Assembly (NCBI GenBank): GCA_951406725.2
Contig: OX597815.1
Span: 202,058,001 to 202,122,000, forward strand
DNA: 64,000 bases
Reading direction: 5' to 3'
Origin: Octopus vulgaris
Lineage: Eukaryota
Part shown: piece by piece, positions 1 to 12,426 of the stretch
How positions within the stretch are numbered: position 1 is the stretch's first letter
Layout of the letters: every line of letters starts with the position of its first letter
The notes under the pieces: model-generated
Database searches by the model: none
Told to the model about the DNA's origin: nothing
What the model saw: only the letters and a program-made list of their open reading frames with translations
Program-made: the position numbers and the translations under genes

Positions 1-58
1 ATCGACTAGACCCCTCCCCCAAAAATTTCGGGCCTTATGCCAAGACCAGAAATGAATT
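1..58 (+). mobile_element. 3' tail of a family-B SINE, cut by the window edge
   Basis: atcgac...aaaatttcgggcctt...agaaatgaatt resembles the 3' end of the SINE at 12058-12275. Confidence 0.55.
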
Positions 59-207
59 TTGTTGAGTATGCATGTTACTGAGACCTAACAAGGTGCTCCG
101 GTTTAATTCAACTGAATCTTAATCTTAATATATAACGGGAAAGTTTACGAAAATAAACAAGGAGAGAAGCAAGGAGAGAAAAACATGCGTGTAGGAGCTA
201 ACGATCT

Positions 208-243
208 ATCATACATATACATACACACATACATACATACATC

Positions 244-336
<93 letters not shown>
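208..336. repeat. (TACA)n/(TA)n microsatellite
   Basis: Directly visible. Confidence 0.95.
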
Positions 337-337
<1 letters not shown>

Positions 338-995
338 GTGGTCTGCTCAATAAATATTAGGACTGTTACTATAGTAACAAAACTAAATCACGGAGAGTGA
401 AGCTGCCTGGTTCAGACGCACTAAGTTTTAATAACGTAGCTTACTTCCGCTGTTTACAGCAGTGTTTGGAAAGATGGGGATTAGCGTGTGATCACTGCAT
501 TGATTTTGACTGAGAAAGTTGAGCAGAAAATCTTCATCAAATTTTACCAAAATCTTGATGACACCTGCTCATAGGCCTCCGCAAAGTTTTCAAAGAGTTT
601 TCATCGTTCTCGACACAATCAAGATCTTGTGCACCTGAAACCTGAGTGTCTCTTTCGTCAGATGAGAACAGTTTTGGCACAAACTTGACAGACACGCATG
701 TAATACCCAAGCCTTCAGTGGTAATGGGCTGAACTGAACCTTAACTATATCTGCACATTCTCTGATAACTCACGATGGTGATTTGACGATTTCACTTAAC
801 AGCTGCAGGCACATTTGCAATGTTTTCTTAGTTCTGATGTTTGCGGGTCTCCCAGAACGTTCGTCAATATTGACATTTTTTCGAAATTCTTGGAAACGTC
901 GGAACCACTCATACACTTGTGTGCAGCTCATACACTTCTCTCCATACACTTTCTGCAACTTTGCATAGGCCTGTGAGGAGGTATCGCCATGACAA
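336..995. mobile_element. Rearranged mariner (Tc1/mariner) remnant with transposase N-terminus present in both orientations
   Basis: Minus ORF 770-958 MQKVYGEKCMSCTQVYEWFRRF...DERSGRP is the mariner HTH signature. + strand ~512-595 reads EKVEQKIFIKF. The element begins after TA. Confidence 0.8.
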
Positions 996-1189
996 CTTTT
1001 GAGAAAGCATTGACTGAAAAACTAATTCCGTCGCAAAATTATAAATAAACGAGGGAAAAATTCGCACCTAAAACGGGACATTTTTGATGCGACACCTCCC
1101 CTGCTAAGCAGTTTCAGTTACGAGAACACACAAAATTCAACAATGATAAATGTAGACACGCTTTGGTAACAAGCATTTACAAAATTTAC

Positions 1190-1952
1190 CAAGAAATTTT
1201 ATTATTTATTGGCCACCAAGGGCTACATACAGAGGGACAATAGATGCTAGACAAGGTGAGATCGCATGCAAGCAGGCAACCAAGAGATATGACTGACTGA
1301 ATTAACAATAGGTAACGTGTATACATGTTAGAAATAAAATGAGAATAATAAGATGTAGTGTTGGACGTGGAGATCCCACAAGCCACAAGCTGCACTTCTC
1401 TCACAAGATGAGACTTGGGGGTTCGCACTCAAATTAGACACATCCATATGCACCCATTTAGTCATAAATATGCGCGGCGGCAGCGACTCCCTTCTAGCAA
1501 TAGTTTCTTTTTCAGGTGATATATGTAATAGCTGGTTAAACCAATGCCAGAGAAGAAATTGCCAATCCTCAAACATTTCAGTCGCGTCAACAACACGACC
1601 TCATTCGCTACGGCCACCAAGCAGAGAAAAATTGCCTGCGTTTCCCGGTTGAAGGAAGGTGGTGGGACAATCTGCACAATGGACTCAGTTGACAACTGTG
1701 CTCCTCCCAGACATGACAGTAGGTGTTCCGTAAGTCCGAAATCAACGCAAACAGGACGATTGCGTGCAAAACAGTTTCATTGCTTTGATTGCATCTAGGG
1801 CATGTCCTTGTGACTGGGCTTCTGTGCCAGAAGAGTTTGTCTCGAGCAGGCAATACACCTCAGTAACACTGCCAGGCCAATGATTTCTGGTAGTTATCCA
1901 TGGGCTTCCGCCTGAAAGTCCTACGGCAAGTTGAAAATCATTGAATCCCATA
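1190..1952 (-). mobile_element. L1/Tx1-clade LINE 3' fragment (zf-RVT region plus 3' UTR), frameshifted
   Basis: RDKL...TCPRCNQSNETVLHA (C-x2-C-x8-H) in ORF 1608-1853; A-rich tail near 1195-1210. Confidence 0.75.
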
Positions 1953-3633
1953 TAAATAAAATATATAATGATTCCGATTAGAAAATGTTCAAATAAATTT
2001 GATGCGAAGTAGCATTAGCTTTGCTACTGAGATATGTATGACTAAAATCTGTTGTATTAGTTTTCACACAATAGAATCTATGACTGCACTAAATACTAGA
2101 TATACGTGAAATGATTTAAATTGCTCATAGAAACTCGATTCAACTGGCCAAGAGATAATACGAAAACTATCTTATCCTTAAAATCATGATGGGAGTAATC
2201 GGAGATTATGGAAGTAGAAGCCAAACCACCAAAAAGACACGCTAACACTTTATCGCGACATGACTTATCACTCATGACCCTAAAAAATTAACATCGTCCT
2301 GCATGATAGCTATTCTTAGTTTTGTGTTAGCTAATTGTGGTTGGAATTCAGTCCAAAAATTTACAATTGTGCAAACTTCATATAAAATTCTAAAATATTT
2401 CATCTATAATTTATGTAGCACATAGTGTTATATAGCCGATGTATGAATATATTTGTCTTTATTAATATTTCCAAGAATCAGGAACAAATTTAAAAGTGAC
2501 TTAAACCTATTGACATTCTAAAGAATTAATATTTGTATTTTAAGCGTTCAACAAGATAGCAAAGGAACCAGAACTATGCACACATCCTTACAGTCAGAAG
2601 GATTATGATAATTTATTTTGCAGTGACAGGAGCCATAAGCTAAATCATCAGTGTTAACTTCTTGCATTATTAGTTAGAAATTATTTCCATGCGCTCATTA
2701 TAGGACGACATTGTAAGGAATGGTTTCAAATAAGAATTAATGACTTTCCCTTTAATTCGCAACACGTATCCATGCTGTCCTGTCAGCCAATCATTTGTTG
2801 TGTAAGACTAGATGTCGATTAATCATTTGTTGAAGAATTAATGCACATTTGTGCTTTCGTAACAATTATAATCCCATAGCTTTGCTGAGATCCATTTTAG
2901 GGAGTTTACTATTCTTCGTTTGTTACTATATTGAATATAACATTGGAAATTACTCTAGTGAAAGCAACAGAGAATTCTTTTAATATATATAAAAATGGGA
3001 ACCACTCCATAATATCGCAAATGGATTGATGTAATTGTTTAATCATATTCCAAATCTAATATCAGCAACATTTAGTTTAGCAATAAAAAAAAACGAAGCA
3101 AATATATGTTGTTGGCTATACTACAAAAATCCCGCACCCAGAGAATCAAAAATTCCTGAGGCAGAAAAACATTCAATAATTCTGTTTGAAAAATTATAAG
3201 AAATTCAGAAGTTAGAATATCATTTGGTGTGAGACATCATCAAAATACTATACCACTTCTGTGTGTTTTCGCGTGTATAGATTCTGAGTGCCAGATACTA
3301 TTTCGGTGGTAACCCATACTTTTCATTAGGTGACGTAAGATCTACACATTTGGCATTCAGAAAATTTACGTACAACTTTGAATTCGATGACAATTTTCTA
3401 ACAACTCGCTAAAAGTTATTTTCCTTTATACAAAATACATTTGACAAACTACAAAGATGTCATGAAGAAAAGGATAACATTCATCACAGCTATTTCCCGG
3501 TTCACTTTTTATTGAAAGAGCCTTTGCTAATAAAATGTCTTCCTAATCCATATATATGACAACCTATATCTGGATAATTATCTATTTTCATGAATTTTCA
3601 CTATGGAAGCTTTGAAAATTAATCGATTAATTG

Positions 3634-4954
3634 CACTGGTCAACAAAATTGAATGTATTATATGAATGCAAACCAACATTTCTAGACTAATTTTTCATGT
3701 TTAATTCAAAGCTACACTTCATTTGTATACAGCACGTATCAGTGTTCAGTAGATTCATGCAAATATTTACATATTTGTATATACGAAATCATTAATGTAA
3801 TAAATAAAGATAAATTATTTTTAGAAAGTAAATGAGTTTATTGAGTGAAAAAAGCAAAGCGGACCTTCAACGGAAAAACACGTTTGTAGTATCACGTTTT
3901 TCTGCTGAAAATAAGTCATACGAACACCATGCCTTACCAGATACTTCTCCTTCAGTCTTGATACTGCCAGTTTTGCTTTATCTCTTGAGAGGAATAGGTC
4001 TCTGACAAGGTCATTCAGTTTAGCTTGGGAAAATTTCAAAGTTTCAAAGCTATCATCATCAGCAACGTAATCTTCCTCAGCAGCATTATCGTGACAGTCA
4101 GCATTATCAGCTGGAACTAGAACTGGCAGACGTTCATTGTGTGGCACAGGTCTCATTGCAGAATCCATATTTGGATGCACAATTTTGTGTTTATTCTCCA
4201 TAGAAAATCCTGTGTCTTTAACTTTGCAAAAATAAGTCTTTCGGCCCCCATCCATACAATCGCAAAAATAATGCTCTTTCGGCCCCCTCCATATCATTGG
4301 AATGACAGAAGGCATGGACTTATTATTATTGTACCAGTCACGTAGGCTATTTGAACAAGCTGAGCAGATAAAATGTGATGCCCATAACTTGTCCTGATTT
4401 ACAAGAGAATAGTCAAAGTATAGCTTATAAATCTTCTTCATCTCTGGTGTTATTGTACGTTTTTGAGCTTTCACAATAAATTATCCACAGACATAACAAA
4501 ACACATCATGACGATTTCTACACTGTCTTGACATTGTTAGCTCTGCAAAACAAGTAAGGAAATAGATACAAACGATTATAGTTATATTGAATTTGAGATG
4601 ATGAAATATTTCATCTGGCCAATAAGGACCGGACAATTTGAAATGTTGAAATACCTATTTCATCAGACAAAACTTTATTGGTTGGTTTAACATGGTGGAA
4701 TATTACATTTGAACTATGTAATAATGAATAATGTAGTTTATTTTAAAGGTTTGTTTCCATGATGTAAATGAAATACGTGCATATATGTCATTAATCGGAA
4801 TTTCTATATAATGCATGACCTAAAACCAAAAGACTTTCTCATCTTGAAAACAGTACATAATGACTAAAGACTAATTGTACATTTGAAATCAGTTTAAAAA
4901 CTACACTACGTACACTTTGACATATTCTTACTGAAAAATACTTGTTGACCAGTG
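3634..4954 (-). mobile_element. Internally deleted DNA transposon (probably Tc1/mariner m44-like) with 13-bp TIRs
   Basis: TIR cactggtcaacaa (3634-3646) / ttgttgaccagtg (4942-4954). Minus strand reads CRNRHDVFCYVCG*...QDKLWASHFICSAC...IPMIWRGPKEHY...LNDLVRDLFLSRDKA, a Cys-rich transposase N-terminus. Confidence 0.7.
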
Positions 4955-5242
4955 TCATAAATTTGCATTTAATTTTCTAATAAGCAATGTGTTTTACGTA
5001 CGTATTCAATAATTTATTAATTCAGCTGTCTACAATTAAATTCTAAACAAATTTCAGCTTAGATTTTATCTTCATAGTGATTTTAATCAGTATCCGAATT
5101 GAGCGTTTTAGGGAACTGAGAAATTATGATGTACTTCTTTACAGATGATTGGTTAAGATGCCATCAAAGCCTGCCATGTTAATTTCTTGTATTTTTCAGA
5201 ATGAAAAATGTACACATTTGTATACATTTCCACACTTGCTTA

Positions 5243-6365
5243 TAAGAGGTGGTATCAAGCATTAGTTAGTTCTCTAACGCACTAACAGTTGGCAGCACAT
5301 CGTTGCGTGCACAGTGAGAGCAAGTAGTGATTTTGATGAGGCAGGTGTCCGAGTGACATCATGTATTTACATCGCAAGTTGTGAAATTTGAGTTCTTGTG
5401 ATCACGTGTATACTATAGTGTGCGATTTTGTGATGGACAGGAACAAAGTGCCAACGTGAAATTTTGCGTAAAAATTGGGAAGTCAGTTGCAGTTTGAGCA
5501 TTCTTTGGCGACGGGGCAATGGGTTGTATGCAACGTTTCGAGTGGTACGGGCTATTCAAAAACGAAGGAACATCCATCAAAGACTATGTGCGATCTGGAA
5601 AACCTGTCATGAGCGTCACTCACGGAAATGTGATATTGTGCACTGAGAATTCGCCCCGCAGGGCCAGGCCGCCAATCGAGAATTCTGCTCCGACGTTGTT
5701 TTGAAGCGTTTGAGGGAGGATATTAAGCGAAATGACCAAATATGTAGAACACGAAGAATTTGATTCTTCACGCTGACAATGCACCCTGTCAACGAATTCT
5801 CATCACTCATGAGTTTCATCCGCACGCACCCTATTCGCCAGATTTATCATTTGTGGACTTCCCAAGATGGAAATGCTGCTCAAATATCGCCTTCTAACCC
5901 CGTTGTCGAGATCCAGAGCGAATCGCAGAAGGACCGCAGCTCGCTTACGGAAAAGGACTTCAAGACCGGATTCCAAAATTGGAATGTTCGGACCAGTTTA
6001 TTACTGCGTAGTGTGATTATTTTAAAGGAGATGGTGTTAACACTTAGGTTAGTTAGTTAATTAGTTAATTTTTTGGCTCAAAAAGCAAAAAGCCAGGCCA
6101 TGTAGGGGGACATGGAGTTATGTACAGGGTGGTGGTCATGTAAGGAGTTCAGGCCACTTGTGGTCAAAGGAGACTTTGAACCCAGCGGTCGTCGGCATCT
6201 TCACTATCTCGTCCGGCAGCTTATTCCACGGATCCGCAACCCGGACGGAGAAATCCCCTCTCCTTCGATTGAGATGAAATCGTCGCAGATTGAGCGGTAA
6301 AGGAGAGTAAAGGAGTTATTTTGTATTAAACATAATTAGATGGTATCATAATGATACATTCTCAT
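5243..6365 (+). mobile_element. Degenerate, internally deleted mariner, interrupted by a CR1 fragment
   Basis: MGCMQRFEWYGLFKNEGTSIKDYVRSGKP (HTH motif), then ILHADNAP-like sequence near 5760-5790 and a mariner-type C-terminus. Confidence 0.7.
6045..6300 (-). mobile_element. CR1-type LINE 3' fragment nested in the mariner
   Basis: Reverse complement of 31640-31880 (same family); (AACT)n-type tail at 6045-6070. Confidence 0.85.
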
Positions 6366-8528
6366 ATGTGTGTGAATTATAGGAAATTGATACATTATAT
6401 TCCTTATCCGTCGATATATTGAAATGATGTTAAAGGGAGTCATAAAATTGTAAATAAAAATGTCCTTATGGCATGCATATACTCACACCATCGCGCACAC
6501 ACACTTATGCAGTCTGTTCGCAAACAACACCAAGACGAACACACTAAGCATACAAAAATTAATACACGTTTGATAACTCTTCCTTCAATGTATCCACACT
6601 GTACATATAAACTGGTACGGGAAGAAGTACTCGTGTATCTTTTGACGCAATCACGCAATCAACAGCATGAACACAAACACTGACTTTCTTTGTTTCTCTC
6701 TCATTATCACACAAAACACCATAAATATATAATCTAAAATCTAGGAGAGACATGTCACTAATGGCATCACGATCGATGAAGAAGGGACTCTGACGAAGCT
6801 AGATGATTGATTGATTAACCGAAAGATGAATCAAAATATCGATCGATTTTTTAGCTGTGAAACAGAAATGAAACAGAATCAGTGCATTTATTGACAAAAT
6901 ATCACACGACACTACAAAATATTGGTGACATGATGGATTACATCTGGTGACTAGAGGGAATTAAGCGAAGATTGCTTTCGAAAGATATGTCCTATAATCA
7001 CAATTTTCTAAAAATGCATTAAATTTAAAATATATCTACTCTCTAACGATTGCATATAGAACTAATTTTATCTTCATTTAAATATTATACTCTCGTTCTT
7101 TTGTTTCTATTACACTTTGAGTATCTGATGCACAAAGTGTAAAATTTTGGGTTATTTTACTGTTTTGTTTTTTATTTTCTTGATCAGCATATGTGGAAGA
7201 AAATGAACATCGAAGAAGTGGGCAATAAAGTTAAAAAACACAAACACAATATTCTACAGAACATCTAAGAAATCACCAAGATGTTCATCTCATGTTTTGT
7301 ATTACATGGCTTGTGAAGCCCATGTTTGGTCTAATGTATGGGATGATTCTCAAAAATTTTAAACCGATATTTTTCTCGAAATTACAAATGAAAATAAAAC
7401 CACTTTTGCATCTAACTTGGTCGACACGAATACTTTGTACTTCTCTTAGGCAGGTGTCATTCAATTCTCACCTGCTGTTTTACTGGAATTTTCTCTCTCA
7501 GTATTTATACTTTAATGTTTGACAATTTATGGAATTTAAATTATATACATTGTTCATGCAAAAAAGAAACAAGAATTTGTGGTTGCTTTTCTCAAAATTG
7601 CTACGCTATGCTTCAATAAAAATTATGTTCTGACTATAAAGAACGGTTGTCCAGAAGAATATTGAGGTTGCATGAAAATTTCTAGTGAGAAGTAATAAAA
7701 TTGTTAACAACAAAATTCTCCGGGAAAGCAAGAAGGAATGAAAATTTTAAATATTGTTACTTGCATTAGAATTTGAATATTATTCACTTTTCTTTTGCAG
7801 AGGTTTTGGAATTGAAAACGTTGGGAAAATTTTAAAGATCTATCTCAGTTTGGATTCCGCAATATATTGGCGATGAACCTTAATTGCAAGGTCTCCACTT
7901 GCCCCCAGAGCACTGCCGAAAAGCCAGAGCGTTTCAGAGCACATGGAATTGTTTACGCTGAGTATGATTAAGATTAATCTAACTGTCTTCTTTTACAGGA
8001 AGAAGATTTGTAACTTGGTATTTATTAGTGAATGCTAAGAATAATATTCTAGGCAACGAGTACCCAGGAATATAACATCTTCCAAGCATAAATTCCGAAT
8101 CGTTTGCATCAGTGTAGCATTTTTTATATTATTCATCTCGTAGAACTTCGGAGTTGACAAAATATTACAACTTATTCAATTTTCACGGAGTATATCTAAA
8201 CGGATTCCACCCAAAAGTCCATTCAGTTGAGCATATATTTCAAAATGAACTTTCATATATGGTTGGCAAAAAGTTTCTGAATCTTAGACCATGATATACG
8301 AACGCATTTACTCTTTCTCGTAGTTCATGTATGCATATGTATGTTGTTGTGTCTGGAGAGAGTCATTCTGAAATAACGCCTTATTAAAAAACACACTCAC
8401 TGGGCCTATTTTCACTCATTTACCTTTTTCATTCTAAACTTTTCGTTACTTCATTCAACATATCCAGTAGTTTCATATGTACATGCATGTATGTGTGATG
8501 TATGTACGTATGTATGTATGTACGTATG

Positions 8529-8906
8529 TCAGGTCACTTTCGATGCTACTGATAACATGTAACCCAGTACAACCTGTTGCATGGTCGGGCCGTCGGCGAC
8601 TAATCCGGCAACCCTACCAAGCTTGCTTGGTGAGGAGGGTGTTTATTGGAACCCCTGTGGAAGGTAAAACAAAACCCGTCAAAGGGCGGAGGAAACTCTT
8701 GAGAGTCAACGGCCATCCAATAAATGTGTATTTTTTTTTTCTTAAGGCTTAAGGCTGTATCATGCGCGGGAACATAGAAATAATCGGACTGAATACTCGA
8801 TCGCGTGGTTAAACCATTGTTAGGGCATCCTTCTAGAAGGTAACTCAGGTAACTGGGATAACTCCGACAGAAAACCTGCGGCTCAGTGGTCACTGATGAT
8901 GTTGAC
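8529..8906 (+). mobile_element. Non-autonomous RTE-related element (SINE-like) ending in tgatgatgttga
   Basis: GC-richer island starting after an (ATGT)n tract and ending in a TGA-repeat tail like the RTE fragment at 38190-38350. Confidence 0.5.
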
Positions 8907-8924
8907 TTGTTCTTCTTTTCGGAT

Positions 8925-9171
8925 TATGGCTGCTGTTGCTTAGGGAGCTGGATTGACTCAGTGCACAACTTTTCTTCACTTAAAAAAAAATCTTCTTGCA
9001 CAGGCATTGCACGATAATAACATTGTTCATGATTGATGATGGTGCTGTGAGCTTCAACTGAATGGCTGTCTGTAACCTTAAAAAGTAAATAAAAGTCACA
9101 TTCGATCACAGCACCAATAACATTTAAGCTTCGTGCAATGGCCATACTCGATAACGAGGGGGCAGCCATCA
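8925..9171 (+). mobile_element. Short element with an RTE-type 3' stem-loop tail
   Basis: gccatactcgataacgagggggcagccatc resembles the RTE tail catcctcgaccttgagggattgccat (~17990-18015). Confidence 0.45.
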
Positions 9172-9252
9172 TGTATGTATATATGTATGTATGCATGTAT
9201 GTATGTATGTTTGTATGTATGTATGTCTGTATATATATATTTATATATATAT

Positions 9253-9287
<35 letters not shown>

Positions 9288-9306
9288 CATATATACATAC
9301 ACATAT

Positions 9307-9339
<33 letters not shown>

Positions 9340-10201
9340 AAACAGATGTAAGCGTATAATGATTAACAAATGCCTATAGAATGATCGAGATATTTAACCA
9401 GTTTTTAGAAATGTGTTCACTTATACTTAAAAAGATATATCTAAGGAACAAATGAGTTCCAAGTGTCTTATTTAAGCTCCATTGCCTTCATTTTAGCAAA
9501 TATATAAGTGTAACAATACACTCTTCTAAGTTTATTCAATTGAAGTTTTATGTAAATAATATCTCGTGCATACGGAAAAAAACGTGATAAACATATTACT
9601 TTATCAAGTAATCACATATTGCATAACAACCGAATCGTTTAACAGCCTTGGCATAGTTTTACGTTATCTACAAACACAACATACACAAGTATATGCAAAT
9701 ATATACAAATTATATACTTACACATGTGTAAATGTATGTGCATATATGCATGTTCGTATGAATACATACATACAACTTTATATACCTAAAAGAAAATGTA
9801 AGAACCATGATAGATTTAACTTACCCTGCTGATGGAAATATGTTCGAAAACAAACAAAATATGGGACTAGGAACATCTGCTTTCAAACCTCCAGGTTCCA
9901 TGTAGAGACTTTAAATTCACATTTATTTGTAATAATTGGTGCACTTCATGTTGTACAAGCAATCATAAGTGACAAACTTGACATGACGGAGTTTTCTAAA
10001 ACAGAAGGAAACCAGGGACTTCTCACATTACAAATCTAATCTGCAAATGGAACAATGAAAATTTTCTTCAATTTAAAATGTGAATTTGCTTTTGTTATAT
10101 TCATTTCAGAGATGAAGCTTTGTATATTCGTTGGGCAGATGATGATGAGGGTATGTTGGATTCTTGTTATGGCTGGGAAATATTATTATAACACATCTGT
10201 T

Positions 10202-10236
<35 letters not shown>

Positions 10237-10240
<4 letters not shown>

Positions 10241-10470
10241 ATCCAAACAAGAAAACAGAAAAAAACACAACTCAGGAAAGAAGGGAAGAAGCAGGGTTAA
10301 ACGTTTCGAGCGGAGCTCTTCGTCGGAAACATAGGAGAAGGAAAGATCCCGAGAAGGGAAGTCAGAGGTCTGTCTTTTACTGCTTATTTTGTACTATCGT
10401 TACTGTCCTGTTTTTGTTACTATTTTTACCCCTCTGCAAAAAGATCTCAAATTTTATTTGATTTGCTTTT
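10237..10470 (-). mobile_element. (TA)n-abutting Penelope-derived short element carrying a hammerhead variant
   Basis: Minus strand reads hammerhead motif, pyrimidine-rich tail, then (TA)n at 10205-10236. Confidence 0.55.
10296..10330 (-). ncRNA. Minimal type I hammerhead ribozyme variant
   Basis: Minus: GTTT CCGACGA A GAGC-TCC-GCTC GAAA CG T T TAAC. Perfect 4-bp stem II, palindromic ACGT stem III, core U4>C, 3 of 4 stem I pairs. Confidence 0.55.
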
Positions 10471-10479
10471 CGCAGGAAG

Positions 10480-10769
10480 GAAAGTTTCTATCGAAGATAC
10501 GTCTCGCCTTCACCTTCGAAACGTAGAGTAGATGAAACTATGGCAACTGAAGAAGGGTTTTTTTCCTTGTGTTATTTGTTCTGTACTCTATTTTTTTTGT
10601 TGTTTAAGAAAAATGTCCAGTTCCTTGGGTTTGTGTCTATGTTTTCGTTTCTCATTGTGTTCGACGTTTTTTTGGTGTCCTGTACTCATATATGCGTGTA
10701 TATATACATGTAGAGGTAGGTACGTACATATATGTATATATATATATATGCATATGTTTTATTTATTAA

Positions 10770-10770
<1 letters not shown>
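10480..10770 (+). mobile_element. (TA)n-abutting repeat, same family as 28555-28986
   Basis: tgtactct...gttttcgtttctc...ggtgtcctgtac...gtaggta is shared with 28800-28986; ends in (TA)n. Confidence 0.75.
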
Positions 10771-10809
<39 letters not shown>

Positions 10810-10848
10810 AATATATATGTATATATATATGCATAATCAAGGCAGATA

Positions 10849-10925
10849 TGTGTGCGTGCGTGCGTGTGTGCGTGCGTGCGTGTGTGCGTGCGTGCGTGTG
10901 TGCGTGCGTGCGTGTGTGCGTGCGT
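10849..10925. repeat. (TG)/(TGCG) compound microsatellite
   Basis: Directly visible. Confidence 0.9.
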
Positions 10926-12057
10926 ACACAGGGCTTCTTTGCTTAAGGTGAGAGAATCACTTCTATGTTATTTTAAGTTTTTATGTTTCAAGGTGGAGGT
11001 TGATTTTTCTTTCTCGGTGCTTGAAAAATAGATGTTTTAGGGAAAAAAAGTATGCATGATTTTTCTTATGATTCTTATTATATCAACTGAATATTCGAGT
11101 CGGGTTCCATTTAATCTTCTTTAAGGCTCGTCAGCTCGGTTAATTCGAGATTTGAAAGTTTTCTACATTTCTCTCTTTTAGGATTTAAACCAGTCCATCT
11201 AAAGTCATTTAAGAGTTGAAATTAATCGATATGTTTCTTTTACTGTGTTTTTTTATTATAAAAAAGAAAGGATGATCAAGAGAGACAGAGAAAGAGACAT
11301 TCCTTAAAACATTTTTCTAAAATAGTTAATGTGAGATTGTGCGCATATCGCTGTTCATAACTTGGGTTGACAATTATTAATATATCAAAATTCATCTAAT
11401 ACAGGCGAAATCATATGGATTAGAGAGTATTAGATGAAATTGATAAATTTGCATTCTCTGAAACTAAAAAGTGCTGCAAGAAATGGATCTCAGTCAAAAT
11501 ATTGCTCAAATAATTTGACAGAATATACGATTCTGATATCGTATATTTATATATGTATGCCTGTTCCAGTACACTTCGTGCATGAATCTCTGTTGCACTG
11601 AATTTATTTGAGTGTGTGTGTGTGTGTGTGTGTACGTCGTTGTATGTATTGACGTGTCCCAAATTTAAATCGTATCATTTGCTGCTAGTGTATTATTGAT
11701 GAAATCTTAGAGTTGCATTATTTTGACAATATAGTACTTCTATGGTTATGTTTTGAAATTAAACAAGTACACCGTGCAGATTTGTGATAACTGCATTGTA
11801 GTGATAGATGCAGTAGAATTTTGATAGCAATCATGTTGAAGAATCGTTGAATGTTTTTGAAATTTTATAATAACATGTAATGCTAAAACAAATGAGAAGT
11901 TAATATTAATTTAAAGTCATAATAAAACTTTTAAAATAAAAATTTCTAATCACGACATGGAAATATATATTGTTTATACTGTGCAACAATGTATTCAATA
12001 TAATATTTATGATATCGTTTCCATTATTTCACAGAAGATATACTCTGCAGTGACTAT

Positions 12058-12275
12058 AAGGCCGTGAGCAAGCAGAATCCTTAGCATGGCAGACAAACTG
12101 GTTGGCTGTATTTCGTCAATCTTTACGTTCTTAGTTCAAATTCCACCGAGATCGAGTTTGCCTTTTACAGTTTCGGGACCCTTCGGTAGGTACTACTCAA
12201 TCACTAGGGTCGATGTAATCGGTTGCACCATCCGGAAAAATTTCAGGCCCTGTGCTTTATTAGGAAGGATTATTA
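12058..12275 (+). mobile_element. SINE family B (ggcggtgagctggcagaatc-type head), diverged
   Basis: aaggccgtgagcaagcagaatccttagc...gttcaaattcc...gagatcgagtttgcc, homologous to 26498-26660. Confidence 0.8.
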
Positions 12276-12319
12276 CTGATTTCAAATTTTAGCACAAACC
12301 CCACACTTTTCGAGGAGTG

Positions 12320-12426
12320 GCTAGTAGGTTATATCGACCCCCAACTTATTAAATACTTATTTTGTTGACCTTGAAAATAGGAAAGGCGAAGTCGAGCTCA
12401 GCGAAATTTGAACTCAGAACATTAAG
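12320..12426 (-). mobile_element. SINE family B partial copy, inverted relative to 12058-12275
   Basis: aaaggcgaagtcgagctcagcgaaatttgaactcagaac is the reverse complement of the family-B core. Confidence 0.75.

Noticed and set aside
7204-7449. Idea that in-frame stops in the TIMP-like gene are rescued by A-to-I editing to Trp
   Set aside because: Frameshifts, a lost donor and a SINE insertion also disable the gene; ordinary decay is simpler.
7999-8017. Micro-exon-like ttttacag GAAGAAGATTTGTAACTTG gtattt
   Set aside because: It would need a ~37-nt intron after 7961 and would break the phase match between exons 4 and 5.
10486-10560. GAAACGTA followed ~25 nt later by CTGAAGA (hammerhead-like words)
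   Set aside because: No convincing stem I/II pairing in either type I or type II topology in this copy.
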